DNA from: a virus
Lineage: Duplodnaviria > Caudoviricetes
DNA: 64,000 nucleotides
Virus record (IMG/VR): IMGVR_UViG_3300042866_001263
Reading direction: 5' to 3' (one strand)
Below the pieces are notes generated by a model. It did no database searches. It was given only the letters and a program-made list of their open reading frames with translations, and had not been told where the DNA came from. The number at the start of each line of letters is the position of its first letter. Within the stretch, counting starts at the first letter, position 1. Shown in pieces: positions 13,482 through 25,800 of the stretch. The position numbers and the translations under genes are program-made.

Positions 13482-13730
13482 ATGGAAAAACCCGATTTCG
13501 ATAGTTTCAATAATATACTAGATAACTTTGATGACTTCTGTGACGCCTTCGAAAGTCGTGCGGCGGAAGCATTCCTACGAGGAGATCAGAATGATGGAAG
13601 AGTTACAAGAGCAACAGCAGAAATTGGATCAAGTACTCCTAACGCTGTCAGAGAGATTGCAGAGCCTGGAGGAACGCCTATTGAGATTGGAGAGACCTTC
13701 GTTAATGTATCGTCGTCCGAATGCGAGTGA
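13482..13730 (+). CDS. hypothetical protein
   Basis: ATG 13482 (MEKPDFDSFNNILDNFDDFCDAFE...). Confidence 0.6.
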   Translation: MEKPDFDSFNNILDNFDDFCDAFESRAAEAFLRGDQNDGRVTRATAEIGSSTPNAVREIAEPGGTPIEIGETFVNVSSSECE

Positions 13731-13821
13731 TTACGAAACACTCTCAAACACTCTAGATTATCTACATAATAACGTGGAAGGAATTAAAAAAGATTTGTTG
13801 CAAGTCGCAAGATCGGTATAA
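13591..13821 (+). CDS. coiled-coil hypothetical protein
   Basis: GAGGAG SD before ATG 13591/13594; heptad LSERLQSLEERLLRLE. Confidence 0.7.
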   Translation: MMEELQEQQQKLDQVLLTLSERLQSLEERLLRLERPSLMYRRPNASDYETLSNTLDYLHNNVEGIKKDLLQVARSV

Positions 13822-14210
13822 TGCCAAACATCGTAGGACCAGAAACAATCGACACGCCCAGTACAGATGGAAATTGTCTGTATCCAGAAAAGAAGCTAGG
13901 AGGAACGCCATATGTTTCTCCCAACGTGAAGATGGAGGGAGAAGAGGTAAAACTATATAATTCATTAAATTTACCAGCATCTGTGGATGGCGTTAAGATT
14001 AATCCCGCCATTCCTCTGCCATGTCAACCAGGAATACGAAGAATTGAACCAGTGATTAACGATAGTGTGTTAATTAATGGTCAACTCTTCGCAGTAACTG
14101 GTGATGAGGCAGATTTACTGACTGGGGCAACAACACCAAGGCCCTTGACAGGACCGTACAGTTATCCTACAATACAGATTGGTACACAAAAAGCATTGGA
14201 GAATTCATAA
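13821..14210 (+). CDS. divergent PAAR-like baseplate spike tip protein
   Basis: SPNVKMEG and DSVLINGQLFAVTGDEA resemble PAAR repeats (S.tV.inG.p.a..GD); located just before gp25. Confidence 0.5.
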   Translation: MPNIVGPETIDTPSTDGNCLYPEKKLGGTPYVSPNVKMEGEEVKLYNSLNLPASVDGVKINPAIPLPCQPGIRRIEPVINDSVLINGQLFAVTGDEADLLTGATTPRPLTGPYSYPTIQIGTQKALENS

Positions 14211-14363
14211 ATGGCAGCAAAATCGAAAGTTGGTCTAGTAAAGACTGGTTACACCGAGGGATCACCGAAAAAGACCCGTCAAGGGCGTTCACAGAACACT
14301 CACCTAGGTGCAAGTTCACGTAATGGTCGTAAGAAGCGTTATCGTGGTCAGGGCAAGGGTTGA
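14211..14363 (+). CDS. small very basic protein
   Basis: 50 aa MAAKSKVGL...PKKTRQGRS...SSRNGRKKRYRGQGKG; below the track cutoff. Confidence 0.75.
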   Translation: MAAKSKVGLVKTGYTEGSPKKTRQGRSQNTHLGASSRNGRKKRYRGQGKG

Positions 14364-14454
14364 AGACATTAAATAGTTATGAGCGCCGACATCTCCGAAC
14401 GGGATAGCAACCCCGAAAAAAGTTCTAATATTAGATCTTTTAAGGAGCAAAACA

Positions 14455-14661
14455 ATGGGACTATATCCAGTCGATAAAAGTAAAGAATTTATTGATGAAG
14501 GTATGACTCTAATTACAGAGACAGATAGTGAAAAATATCTGAAGGCACATAAAAAAATGAAGAAGAAAGAAGAACTTTATTCAATTCCCGAGGATCGTTA
14601 TGAGCGTCCTTGTGGTGGTTCTGGCGGTTTCGATGATTTCGTAGAACGCTGGCACGAGTGA
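14455..14661 (+). CDS. hypothetical protein
   Basis: 68 aa with AAGGAG SD. Confidence 0.7.
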   Translation: MGLYPVDKSKEFIDEGMTLITETDSEKYLKAHKKMKKKEELYSIPEDRYERPCGGSGGFDDFVERWHE

Positions 14662-14668
14662 ATAAATA
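14662..14668 (+). promoter_or_regulatory. T4-type late promoter
   Basis: ATAAATA 22 nt before the gp25 start. Confidence 0.7.
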
Positions 14669-14690
14669 GTAACAGCCTTGCTGTGTCTAA

Positions 14691-15083
14691 ATGCCCGAAT
14701 TTCAGACGTTCAAAGATTTGAGCGTTACTTTTAAGAAGCATCCAGTCACTGATGATCTTGTCACAGTGAAGGATAAGGCTGCGATATCGCAGTCTATTGT
14801 TAATCTGCTTCTTACTAGTAAGGGTGAGAGATTATTTCAACCAAATTTGGGTTCTGGTATATACCGTAGTTTATTTGAACCTTTAGATTATGGTACTGCT
14901 GGTCTTATCCGAGCAGAGGTTGCTGACGTTCTAGAACGTTACGAACCAAGAATTGTTGTCAGAAAAATTATTTGTATGCCAGATTTTGACAATAATGGGT
15001 ATTCAATTGAGATTACCTATGAAATTCGTGGAAGAGAAGACACACCTGTAGCAGTCGAATTCTTTCTAGAGCGTACTCGATAA
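14691..15083 (+). CDS. gp25: baseplate wedge subunit gp25
   Basis: AISQSIVNLLLTSKGERLFQPNLGS...EPL...YEPRI. Confidence 0.92.
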   Translation: MPEFQTFKDLSVTFKKHPVTDDLVTVKDKAAISQSIVNLLLTSKGERLFQPNLGSGIYRSLFEPLDYGTAGLIRAEVADVLERYEPRIVVRKIICMPDFDNNGYSIEITYEIRGREDTPVAVEFFLERTR

Positions 15084-16879
15084 TGCCTTACACTCAACTT
15101 GCCAATTTAGACTTTAATGATATTAAAGTTGCTCTGAAAGAATATCTCAGAGCTCAATCTGAATTTACTGATTATGATTTTGAGGGTTCGGCATTATCGA
15201 ACCTAATTGACGTACTCGCCTATAACACCTACTACACGGCGTTTAACACCAATATGGTAGTCAATGAACTATTCATTGATTCTGCCACCTTGAGGGACAA
15301 CGTAGTGGCGATTGCGAAGCAATTAGGGTACAGACCAAAAAGTATAACGTCTCCAACGGCGTATATTTCTTTTTCTGTAAATTATACAAATACAACAACA
15401 GATACTCAGATCATTTTAAAGAAGGGCACAGGATTTGTTGCTTCTTACGATAATGTGTTATATCAGTATGTTGTTTTAGACGATGCGAAGGCACAAGTTG
15501 CAAATCAGACTGCAACATTTACTAATGTGCCAATTAGAGAAGGAAATCAACTTCTTAACACGTTTACAGTAAATAGTTCACAACAATCGCAGAGATTTAT
15601 TCTTGATAATGCGAATATTGACACAAATACAATTCAAGTAAAAGTATTCCCAACTGGTAGTGGATTTTCAGAGCAATACTTAGTTTCAGATAATATTCTT
15701 GGTGTAGATGGAACTTCCAAGGTATTTTTCTTAAATGAGATCGAAGATGAAAGATACGAACTCATCTTTGGTGATGGAGTACTAGGAAAGAAATTAGAAA
15801 ATGGAGCAGTGATTGAAGCTTCGTATATTGTAACATCAGGTCCAGCATCGAACGGTGTTAAGACATTTGTATTTTCTGGTGTTCTAGAAAATCAGGATGG
15901 ATCTACTGCTGGTCCTCTTTCAATTACAGTAAATTCGACTGTTCCTGCTTCTGGTGGAGAGGCAATCGAATCTACTAAGAAAATTAAGTTCAATGCACCA
16001 AAGTCATACGGGACACAAAATCGTGCTGTAACTGCCGATGACTATACTGCTATTGTTCGTAACATTTATCCAGCAACGAGTGATGTGATCATTTTTGGTG
16101 GAGAAGATCAAGTTCCACCACAATATGGAAAAGTCTTTATTGCTTTAAAACCAAATGATGCATCGTATATAACTTCATTCACAAAGAAAGAAATAATCAA
16201 GCAATTAAAGAATTTTATTGTTGCTTCAGTAGAACCAGTGATTGTAGATCCATCAATTCTATTTGTTGAATTGACAAGTAAGATTTACTACAATTCTTCA
16301 ATGACTTCCGATACTACTGCACAAATTAGAGATAAAGTTATAACTGCACTGCAAAATTATATCGATGTTTCCGATCTAGAAAAGTTTAATGGTAAGTTTA
16401 GATACAGTAAAGCAATTGGTGTTATTGATGAGGCAGATAAATCCATCAATTCCAACATTACTACTGTTACTATGAGGAAGGATTTTTATCCTCAACTAAA
16501 TTCCACCTTCTATTATGAGATATGTTTTCAGAATTCTTTTGACATAGATTGTGATGCTCCAGTCCTTTCTACGACTGGATTTAGAGTTACCGAGTATCCA
16601 AACTTTGATGTCTATCTTGAGGATAGGGGTGGCAAAATTGTCCTATATACACTAGATGCTATAACTGGTGAGAAAGTTGTCCTAGACAAGGAAGTTGGCG
16701 ATATTGATTATGCTAAAGGCGAATTAAAAATGTATGATTTAACGATCATAAAAGGAAGCTTCTTTGACAACAGAATATCAGTTAGAGTAAAACCATTATC
16801 TAATGATATCCAGGCATTCCGAGAGGTTTATCTTGATGTTGATATTGCTAATTCATCCTTTAGTGCATACAAAGAGTAA
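15083..16879 (+). CDS. gp6: baseplate wedge subunit gp6
   Basis: LDFNDIK..L..YL...EFTDYDFEGSALSNLIDVLAYNTYY...ELFIDSATLR; QNRAVTADDY. Confidence 0.93.
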   Translation: MPYTQLANLDFNDIKVALKEYLRAQSEFTDYDFEGSALSNLIDVLAYNTYYTAFNTNMVVNELFIDSATLRDNVVAIAKQLGYRPKSITSPTAYISFSVNYTNTTTDTQIILKKGTGFVASYDNVLYQYVVLDDAKAQVANQTATFTNVPIREGNQLLNTFTVNSSQQSQRFILDNANIDTNTIQVKVFPTGSGFSEQYLVSDNILGVDGTSKVFFLNEIEDERYELIFGDGVLGKKLENGAVIEASYIVTSGPASNGVKTFVFSGVLENQDGSTAGPLSITVNSTVPASGGEAIESTKKIKFNAPKSYGTQNRAVTADDYTAIVRNIYPATSDVIIFGGEDQVPPQYGKVFIALKPNDASYITSFTKKEIIKQLKNFIVASVEPVIVDPSILFVELTSKIYYNSSMTSDTTAQIRDKVITALQNYIDVSDLEKFNGKFRYSKAIGVIDEADKSINSNITTVTMRKDFYPQLNSTFYYEICFQNSFDIDCDAPVLSTTGFRVTEYPNFDVYLEDRGGKIVLYTLDAITGEKVVLDKEVGDIDYAKGELKMYDLTIIKGSFFDNRISVRVKPLSNDIQAFREVYLDVDIANSSFSAYKE

Positions 16880-16883
16880 GTAG

Positions 16884-19800
16884 ATGGCAGTCAAGACCAA
16901 AAGAATTTCTACTCTTATTGAGTCACAACTTCCAGAGTTCATTTCTTCGGAATATGAACTTTTTGGTAAGTTTGTAGAGAAATACTATGAATCTCAAGAG
17001 GTTCAAGGAGGGCCACTTGATATCATCAGTAATATACAGAAATATCTAGATATTGATTATTACGAGAAGTCACTACTTAAGCAGAATACAATTCTAGTAT
17101 CATCTATTAATAATTCGGCAACTTCTATAACATTAGAGGATGCTTCTGGATTTCCAGAAAAAAATGGTTATCTTAAAATTGGTAATGAGATTATTTTTTA
17201 TGCAGAAAGAACTGGTAATGTAATCTCAGAATGCTTCCGAGGAGTAAGTGGAAATATTTCACTTGGAGATCTATACGAAAAATCAGCATTTACTACTACT
17301 AGTGCTGAATCGCATTCTTCTGGAGATCTTGTTCTTAACGTTAGCAATTTATTTTTATATGCTATTGTTAAAAATTTCGAATCGCAATATCTAGCGTCAT
17401 TTCCCGAAAAATACTTAAGAGGGGAAGTAGACAAAAGAACTCTGATTAAAAATATTCAGAAATTTTATAAGGCAAAGGGAACAGATAGTTCAATCAAGTT
17501 TATCTTCAATACAATTGTTACTCAAGATATTGAAGATAAACCATCTGTTTATAAGCCAAGAGATTTTACATATAAGTCTTCTGAATCTGATTGGATCAAC
17601 ATTTATGCTCTAAAAGTTAAAGTTGTATCTGGAAATCCAAAGACTTTAATAGGAAAGACCATTGTACAGTCTCCAACAGACGAGTATGGATATGCTTCTG
17701 CTACAGTTGATAATGTATTTGCTGATGGCACAGTTGATAATGAGCAAATATGGAATATTGTTCTTGCTCCAGAGACAGTCAACGGTTTATTCTCTGTATC
17801 GACAAAGACTAGATTAGAAAAAGACCTATTAGCATCCAGTGGATCAACAAAAAGAGTTAGTGTTTTCTCAACTCTTGGTTGGGATCAATCTGGGGAAATT
17901 TTAATTGATGATGAGATCATTAAGTTCTCTGATAAAAATGCTACTCAATTTATAATTGAAAGCAGAGGATCAACACCAGTTTTACATAGTAAAGATGCTT
18001 TTGTCTATAAACCAGTAGTTCTCAGTGGATCTGGTGTAAAACTAATTAGTTTAGGTATTGTTTATAATTTAATTCCAACAGATACACAACCATACTCATC
18101 TGTTGGCGATGAAATACAAATTTCTACACCTGGATTTGAAACTGCAGATCCAAAGATTGTAGTAACTGGAACTAATCAACCAAGATGGATATTAGGTCAA
18201 GGTAATCCTGTTAATATACCAACCAATCCAGCACTTGCTAGTAGTCTAGATGATGTGCCAACTGATGTTTCTGCAATTTTTGAGGATGACCAATACTATT
18301 ATATTGCAAGCTCTAGTTATCCATCATACAAAATTCTTGATGGATCTACAGTAGATCAACAGTTGCTAGATCAAAAGCAATTAAGAATACTAAGAAAATT
18401 TCCAACTAGAACCACTGAAGTCTATAAAACGCCAAAAAGAGATGTTGGTGTTCTTGTAAATGGCACTCCAATATTTAGTTTTAGAGATGAAGAGAGCATC
18501 CGTTTTGGAATACTTGAGGAAATTAAAGTAGATACTCAAGGAACTGGATATGATAAACCACCATTTGTTCTTTTGGATGGAGTACCAAACCAAGCAAGAG
18601 CAGTTTTATCTGGTCAAGTCGTAGAAAAAATTATTGTTGATACAAATACAGTTTTCCCAAGAACTCCAGAGGTAACTGTTACTTCGGGAAGAGATGCTGT
18701 TGTGAGAGCGGTGGTTACCAAAGGAAAAGTCACTAGTCTTATAATTGATAATCCTGGTGAATACTATTCTTCTCCACCTATTATAAGAATTAGAGATAAT
18801 GCTGGAAGAGGAAGATTTGCTGATTATACAGCAGTTGTAAACACAGACGGAAAGATTACCGATTTTGTGCAAAATGCTGAGGGTAACTTCTATAATCAAT
18901 CAACAGTTATTGTTGATGTAATTCCTGTTGGTCGTGGTGCATCTGGAATTCCATATCTGAAAGAATGGAACAAAAATAGATTTGCAAAGTATTCAACCAG
19001 ATTGGATACCGAATATGGATATATTTTCGAAAATTACAATAGTGTTTTAAAATATGGATATGGTCATGTTGCAAACCCAAAGGCATTAAGAGTTGCATTA
19101 AATGACAATATTAATATTGCTGGAGCAGAACCATCTACTAAGACCCACTCTCCAATAATTGGATTTGCTTATGATGGCAATCCAATTTATGGTCCTTTTG
19201 GACACCAGGATGCATTAAATTCACAGTCTCCTATTGTTAGGATGACATCTAGTTACAGTTTAAATAACAACCGCTCTCAGGGTCCATCACTAACAATATA
19301 TCCTATAGGATCATTCGTTAATGACTACAGATACATTCACAAAAGTGGATCACTAGATCAAAATAACGGTAGATTTTGTGTTACTCCAGATTACCCACAA
19401 GGAACATATGCGTACTTCTTAACAATAGATAGTAATCAAGTTCCACAGTTTCCATATTTTGTTGGAGAGAATTTTTATTCTCTTCCAGTAGATAGTAACT
19501 ATAATTCAAATATAAATCAGGCAGATATTCCTAAAAAGTCTAAGAGACTGTTTATTCCTGGTATGCCAAGAAATGGTGATGGAGTAATTGCTCAAATTGC
19601 TGAGGTAAAATCTGGAACTGTAGATTCGATCTCCATACTAAATTCATCAGACAATTTTTCTGTAAATTCAAAGGTTTATTTCGATAATTCTGGCACAGAA
19701 GGAAAAGAAGCAGCTACGGTTGTTTCTTTTGTAAAGGGAAAACCAGTAAATTATTTGTACAGTAAAGAAAATAAAGTTGTACAATTAACTACTGTTCAAA

Positions 19801-22800
19801 CTGCCTACTTATTTGCAAATGACACCCTTAGTCAACCAGCTTCTGGTGCATATGGTGAAATAGTTGGTACTGTAGCAAATGATAATCTAATTGTACTTAA
19901 AAATGTCATCGGAACTTTCAATGGCACTGGTACATTCTCTGCTGCAATTAAAACTTTCTCTATCTTAATTGATCAAAACAGTTCATATACAGAAGGAGCT
20001 ATTCTAAGCTTAACAGATGGAATAAATCTTCCAGTAGCTACCGCACAAGTATTAGAGGGAACATCTAGTCAAAATATCGTTAAAATTAAGGTTTTAACTG
20101 GAACTTGGAGTGTAGATGATAATTATTTCATTCAATCTAGCGATCTTTTTAATACCTCTGGTTCTAGAATTGTAACTCTTACATCTCTAAGTGATGGTTT
20201 AGTTCCATTTGACGTTAACCAAAGTGTTGCATTAGTAGAAACTACGGTTGACCATGGATTGGGAATTGGGGATGAAGTCAAGGTTGATATTTTACCAAAT
20301 GATGTAACGAAGACAAAGACGTATTATCTAAGAAAAAGACTATATCAAACCGTAAAATTAAAGGCACCATCATATCAGTCATCAATTAATTATACTGGTG
20401 TCGGTAGATTTGAAATCTTAAATGGTGGGGCATTTTATACCCCAGGAACATACACAAACGTTTCACTAACAGGAGGTTCTGGCAGTGAAGCAAAAGCTAC
20501 TATTGTTGTGTCTTCTTCTGGTGTTGTATCTTCTGTCACCTTACAAGATGGTGGATCTGGATATAGAAAGGCAGATTACTTGAGTGTTTCTGATGAGGCA
20601 TTAAGTAGATCAAATACTGCTACATCTGGAAGCTCCAGATTGACTTTATATGTAGATCATGCTGGATTTGCAATAGGATCGACAAAGTTAATCGTTGATA
20701 GTACAATAGGAATTTCTGTTGGAGATTTATTGGGTGTTGGAAAAGAGGTAGTTCAAGTTTCATCAATACTAAACAACACCATTACCGTTCTTAGAGCAAA
20801 AGATGGTACAGTAGAAGGAGACCATTTTAATGGAGAAATAGTATATCTCTACAAACCAAAATATAATTTTACAAATAATTTTCAACTATCTCCATCTAGT
20901 TTATCTGGACGCATCAAAAATTATAATCCAGAAACTCAAGAAGTCATTATCACTTTTGATTATGCAACACAGAAAACGAATGCTGAAAAAGTAGAACTTA
21001 CTACCAGTTTCTTTGATTCGAGTGTTCCACAAAGATTAGTTGCAATTGATTCGATTGAAGATGTATCATACAAGTTCGAATTTTCTGCAGATAATGTAAA
21101 TTTTGTTTCAAATCCAAATATTGATTTACAAGAATATTACAATTATAAATTTGATACTTCACATTCATCATTAACTGGCACTTATTTTGATATAAGTCCC
21201 AGTAAGAATTTTAACATCATTACTGAAGAAAAAATTTCATCTGTAATTCTTCCAGGAAATCCTGGATCATTTACATATGTAAAATTTGGATTTGGATCCG
21301 CTTTATCTGAAAATAACTATTCAACTAAAAAGGGAACTCAGTTCTCCAATTTCTATTATTTTGATAAAAATTCAATAGTCGATTCCGAAGGAAAGTACTT
21401 TAAAATAATTACTGATCCATTACAGGGAACTAAAAAAGTAACATATGTTACTCCAAATAGATTTGTATACCAACTAAATTCAACTCCACTTTGGGATGGT
21501 TCTGGAGTAATTACATATACAACAAGTGGTGAATTTGCAATTGGTCAGATTGATCAGATTAAAATGATTAATTTGGGATTGAACTATAAAAAAGTACCAG
21601 TAATAATTGGTTGTGATCCAACAAGAAATTACAGAGCAAAAGCAACTGTTTTATACGATACATCAACTAATACCATAACCGATGTTAGAGTTGACGATAC
21701 TGGATCTAATTATATAAATCCAAGAATTATTATAACAAAGGGTGATGGTGTTGATGCAAGTTTCAATATAATTGTTAGAGATGGCAAAATATTTTCAATC
21801 GTTGTAGATAATCCTGGGAAGGGATATACTTTTGCTCCAGAAATCTCAATTATAGAAGGATCTGTTGTAGCATACGCAGAAAGTACAAGTATTGGTGTTC
21901 CTCAAAGTGTAAGAATACTACAAAATGGAGCATCTTTCCACCTTGATAAAACTATATCTTCATCGTTCACTTCGAAATATATTTTTGGATTATCTAGTAT
22001 TGTCGGAAATTATCAAAGAGGTGAAATTGTAGTACAAAAAATTAATAATGTTGAAGTAGCAAGAGCTGTAGTTTCTGAGTGGAGATCTGGATCCAACTTA
22101 TTAAAAGTAGAGAAAATAACAGGAATTTTCAGAAGAGGATATCCAGTTCAATCTATTTTAACAAATGCTTCTGGATTGATAAAATCTGTTTTTGTCTCAT
22201 CGTTCCAGGATGAGATTGCCAGTTTCTATGATAATCTTGGGTATTATTCTTCAGATAGAGGTAAAATCGGTGTATCCAACCAAAAGATTTTAGATAGTCA
22301 TTTCTATCAAGATTATTCCTATGTTATAGAATCAAAAACTCCAATTGAAAAATGGAGAGACTTAATCAAGTCAACAACACATCCAGCTGGATTTAAACTC
22401 TTTGGTCAGGTTGATGTTGAATCAACTGCTCAATCTGAGATGCCAGGGCAGTCACATAATACTAATTCTCACTTTAGTATAATTCAATTGTGGGATCCAA
22501 ATAAAAATAAAATTACAGTTGAAAACACAAAGAGGACAATTACTCAGATTGTTCAAAAAGTAGAAAATCAAAGAATACGTAGAGGTATTGGATCTGCTGC
22601 TCCATCAGAATTTAACTTTAGTGAATATAGAGCATTTGAAATTAAACTATCTGCTCCATTTGATGGATATTATGATACAGATGGCATATTACAAGGAACA
22701 ACAATTTTCCAATTAAGAAATTCAAATACCAACGCACCATTTACTCCATTAAGTGCTACCAATTTAATTATCACATTAGATGGAATACTGCAGGAACCAG

Positions 22801-25800
22801 GAGTAGCATATACAGTTCAAAATGATACAATTGTTTTCTCTAAACCCCCTCTTGGTGCTGGATTAGAAAGAACTGGAAATAATTTGACAGATCTTACTTC
22901 CTACAGAGGAGTAACATTCTATGGTAAGTATTTTGCGTTTAAGGATAATCAATATAATAATAGATACCTCAAAAAGATTAGGAATATTTTCCAGCGTAGT
23001 GGAAGATGGTTAGATGCTGCTAATCAAATTGATAGAAATAGAACTTTTATTATCGAAGAGGCAGTTGGATATGGAAAGAATAAGTATCCAACATTAGACT
23101 GGAGTACGAAGTTAGACGATTATCAAAGAGATATTGGTTATATTCTAGATGCATATCAGCATGATATTAGATTTGGTGGAAATATAAAAACAGTAGATTA
23201 TATTGGAATTTTTAGAAACAATAGTGACTATGATTACATAACCAAAAATAAAACAAAATCTTTAGATATATTTGAATATGCTACAAGACTAGCTTCTCTT
23301 GCAATTAGAAATTGGGACATTGTTGAAGAAAATGTATCTTATACACAAGGATCTACGACTGTAACTGTATCCAATACAGATAAATTGGTTGTAGGAATGT
23401 ACGTAAGTTCTGGAAATGCATTTTCACAGAACACAAGGATTACTTCAATTAATAATTCTACACAAATTACTGTTTCAAATGCTGCTTTAATAAATTCAGT
23501 TTCAATTTCTGGATCTCCATATAATGCAACATTCTATCTAAATGGAATTAATAATGGAACATACTATGATGCTTCAAATTTAATTCTTGCAAATAAACTC
23601 TATTTACAAGAAGAAGTTAGCGAATACATTTACGATAATTATAGTTTACCAACAACAGATAAACAAAAATGTAAGAGAGATTTGGGATATTTGATTGACG
23701 CTGTTGTTTATCACTTACGTTTTGGTGGAAATGAAAAAATTGTAGAATTTGCAAGATCTTACTACGAATTTTATGGTTATCCATATGGTGAAAAACTAAC
23801 ACGTATAAACAGATCTCAAGAAGAAACTAATGCTGCAATAGATGCTTGGGAAACTCTTGGTGATTTGATGATATTGGCAATGAAGAACCAGTTATCTTCT
23901 GGTGCCTATACACTAATTACTCCAGTTATTGACAATACAATTTTATCAGATCCAATTTTACCTCTATGCGAAGAAGTTACATCTAGTATCAATACGATGA
24001 TCGATATCGTAAAGGATATTATATCAGATGGTGCTGGAATTGTTCAGATAACTCCAATCAATTTAAATAAGTCTGGATATTGGACAAATACTTTAACTTA
24101 CTCAAATTATAATATTATCAACGATCCTCTCTTACTAGCACAAGAATGCGATAATGTGATTTCTTCAGTGGATTCGCTATATGCAAATGTGAAAGATATA
24201 CTTGATAAAAAAACGGTACAAAGAAGTTTACCAGATTATATTGATGGATCAAATAAAGTATTTGAGTTGTATTGGGAAGATGGAACAGAAGTTATTACGG
24301 ATGAAGATGAGGACTTATTCTTAACTATTAATGCTGTTCTACAGAGACCAAAATACAATCAAGAATATCCAAGATTTGATTCGTATTATATTGATAGAAC
24401 TGTAATTCCTAATCTACTTGTATTTGATGTAGCTCCTATATGGGATCAAGATTTTAGTGCGAAAAGTATAGGTGAAGCAACAGCAGTAGAAAAAGTTGTT
24501 GGTATTGGGGTAGGTAACTACAAGAGATTGACAATAGATTATAATTTGGTAAATGATGTTAAATCTGGTCCATTCTTAATTTTAGATGTAGAAGACTATA
24601 CAGTTCAGAATATCGAAGAACCAGATTTCATGTATGTCTTCCTAGATGGTGTACTTCAAAGACAAGGTTACTCGTATACAGTATCTGGTCCCAATATTAC
24701 TTTTAATGTTCCAATATTAAAAGAAATGAAAATTGATATTAGATATTTGTATGGTAGAGATATTGGACAAGTACTTAATATTTTTGATTTCAATCCAGAT
24801 ACTTTCTATGCCAGATCAAAGGTTAATCTAACTGTTACTTCTGGACTGGAAGATTTCATTAAGTATTACTGGATGGGAGATAAAATAGGAACACCAATTC
24901 ATGCCTACCAAGAAGGTACAAATGGAAGGTGTGAAGTTATAGGAGAAATTTCAAATATACTTTCTAATGGCAATTCACTATCATTTGATGTTTTTGGTAA
25001 TAATTATGCGATAGATGTATCTAAACCAGTTTTCTTTGCTGTAAGAGGATTTTATAATATTAACACTCAGTTAACTATTTCAAATGCAACAGTTGCAAAA
25101 GAAACAGATGAGTCTGGAAGATTGATCCTATCAGATCTCAATCAAATCTGGTCTGGAACAATTATCGGAAAGTCATACAGACTTCCATTTATCGGTCTTT
25201 CGAATAGTGATAAAATCCGTATTGATGGACAAGATTCTTTCAGAGAAATAAAGAAACTTCCAGGAACAACAACAAGTAAAGAACATAGAAATTATCAACA
25301 ACTTTCAAATTCTTTATTTGGTTCCGTTGATATTGAAACATATAATGGAATAACCAGAGGAGAAGGATTAAGTGTCGTATGTACAATTCAAAATGGAAAA
25401 GTCGTTGCACTTACTTGGAATCAAAGAAGTTATGATCCAATAACTCAACCAACTGCATATCAGTATTATAATCCACCAATTTTACAATTTATTCCTCAAG
25501 ATGGTAATGGTGGTGGTGCAAGAGCTAATGTACTTGTAAGTAAAGGACAAGTTATTAGCGTAGATTTAATTGATGGAGGATCTGGATATACTCAAGCGCC
25601 CAAAATTGTTGTAGCGAGAGGTTATGATGTTTTAAACACCAGGGATATTGGAGTATCTCTAATCAATATCAGCATGAGTCCATATGTGGAAAATGCTGGA
25701 TTGAATATTATATCAACTATAAATGTTCTTGGAAATCAAGTTGCCTCAGTTTTCTCAGTTACTTCTGTTGTATTAGAAAGTCCAATTAATACTGATAGAG

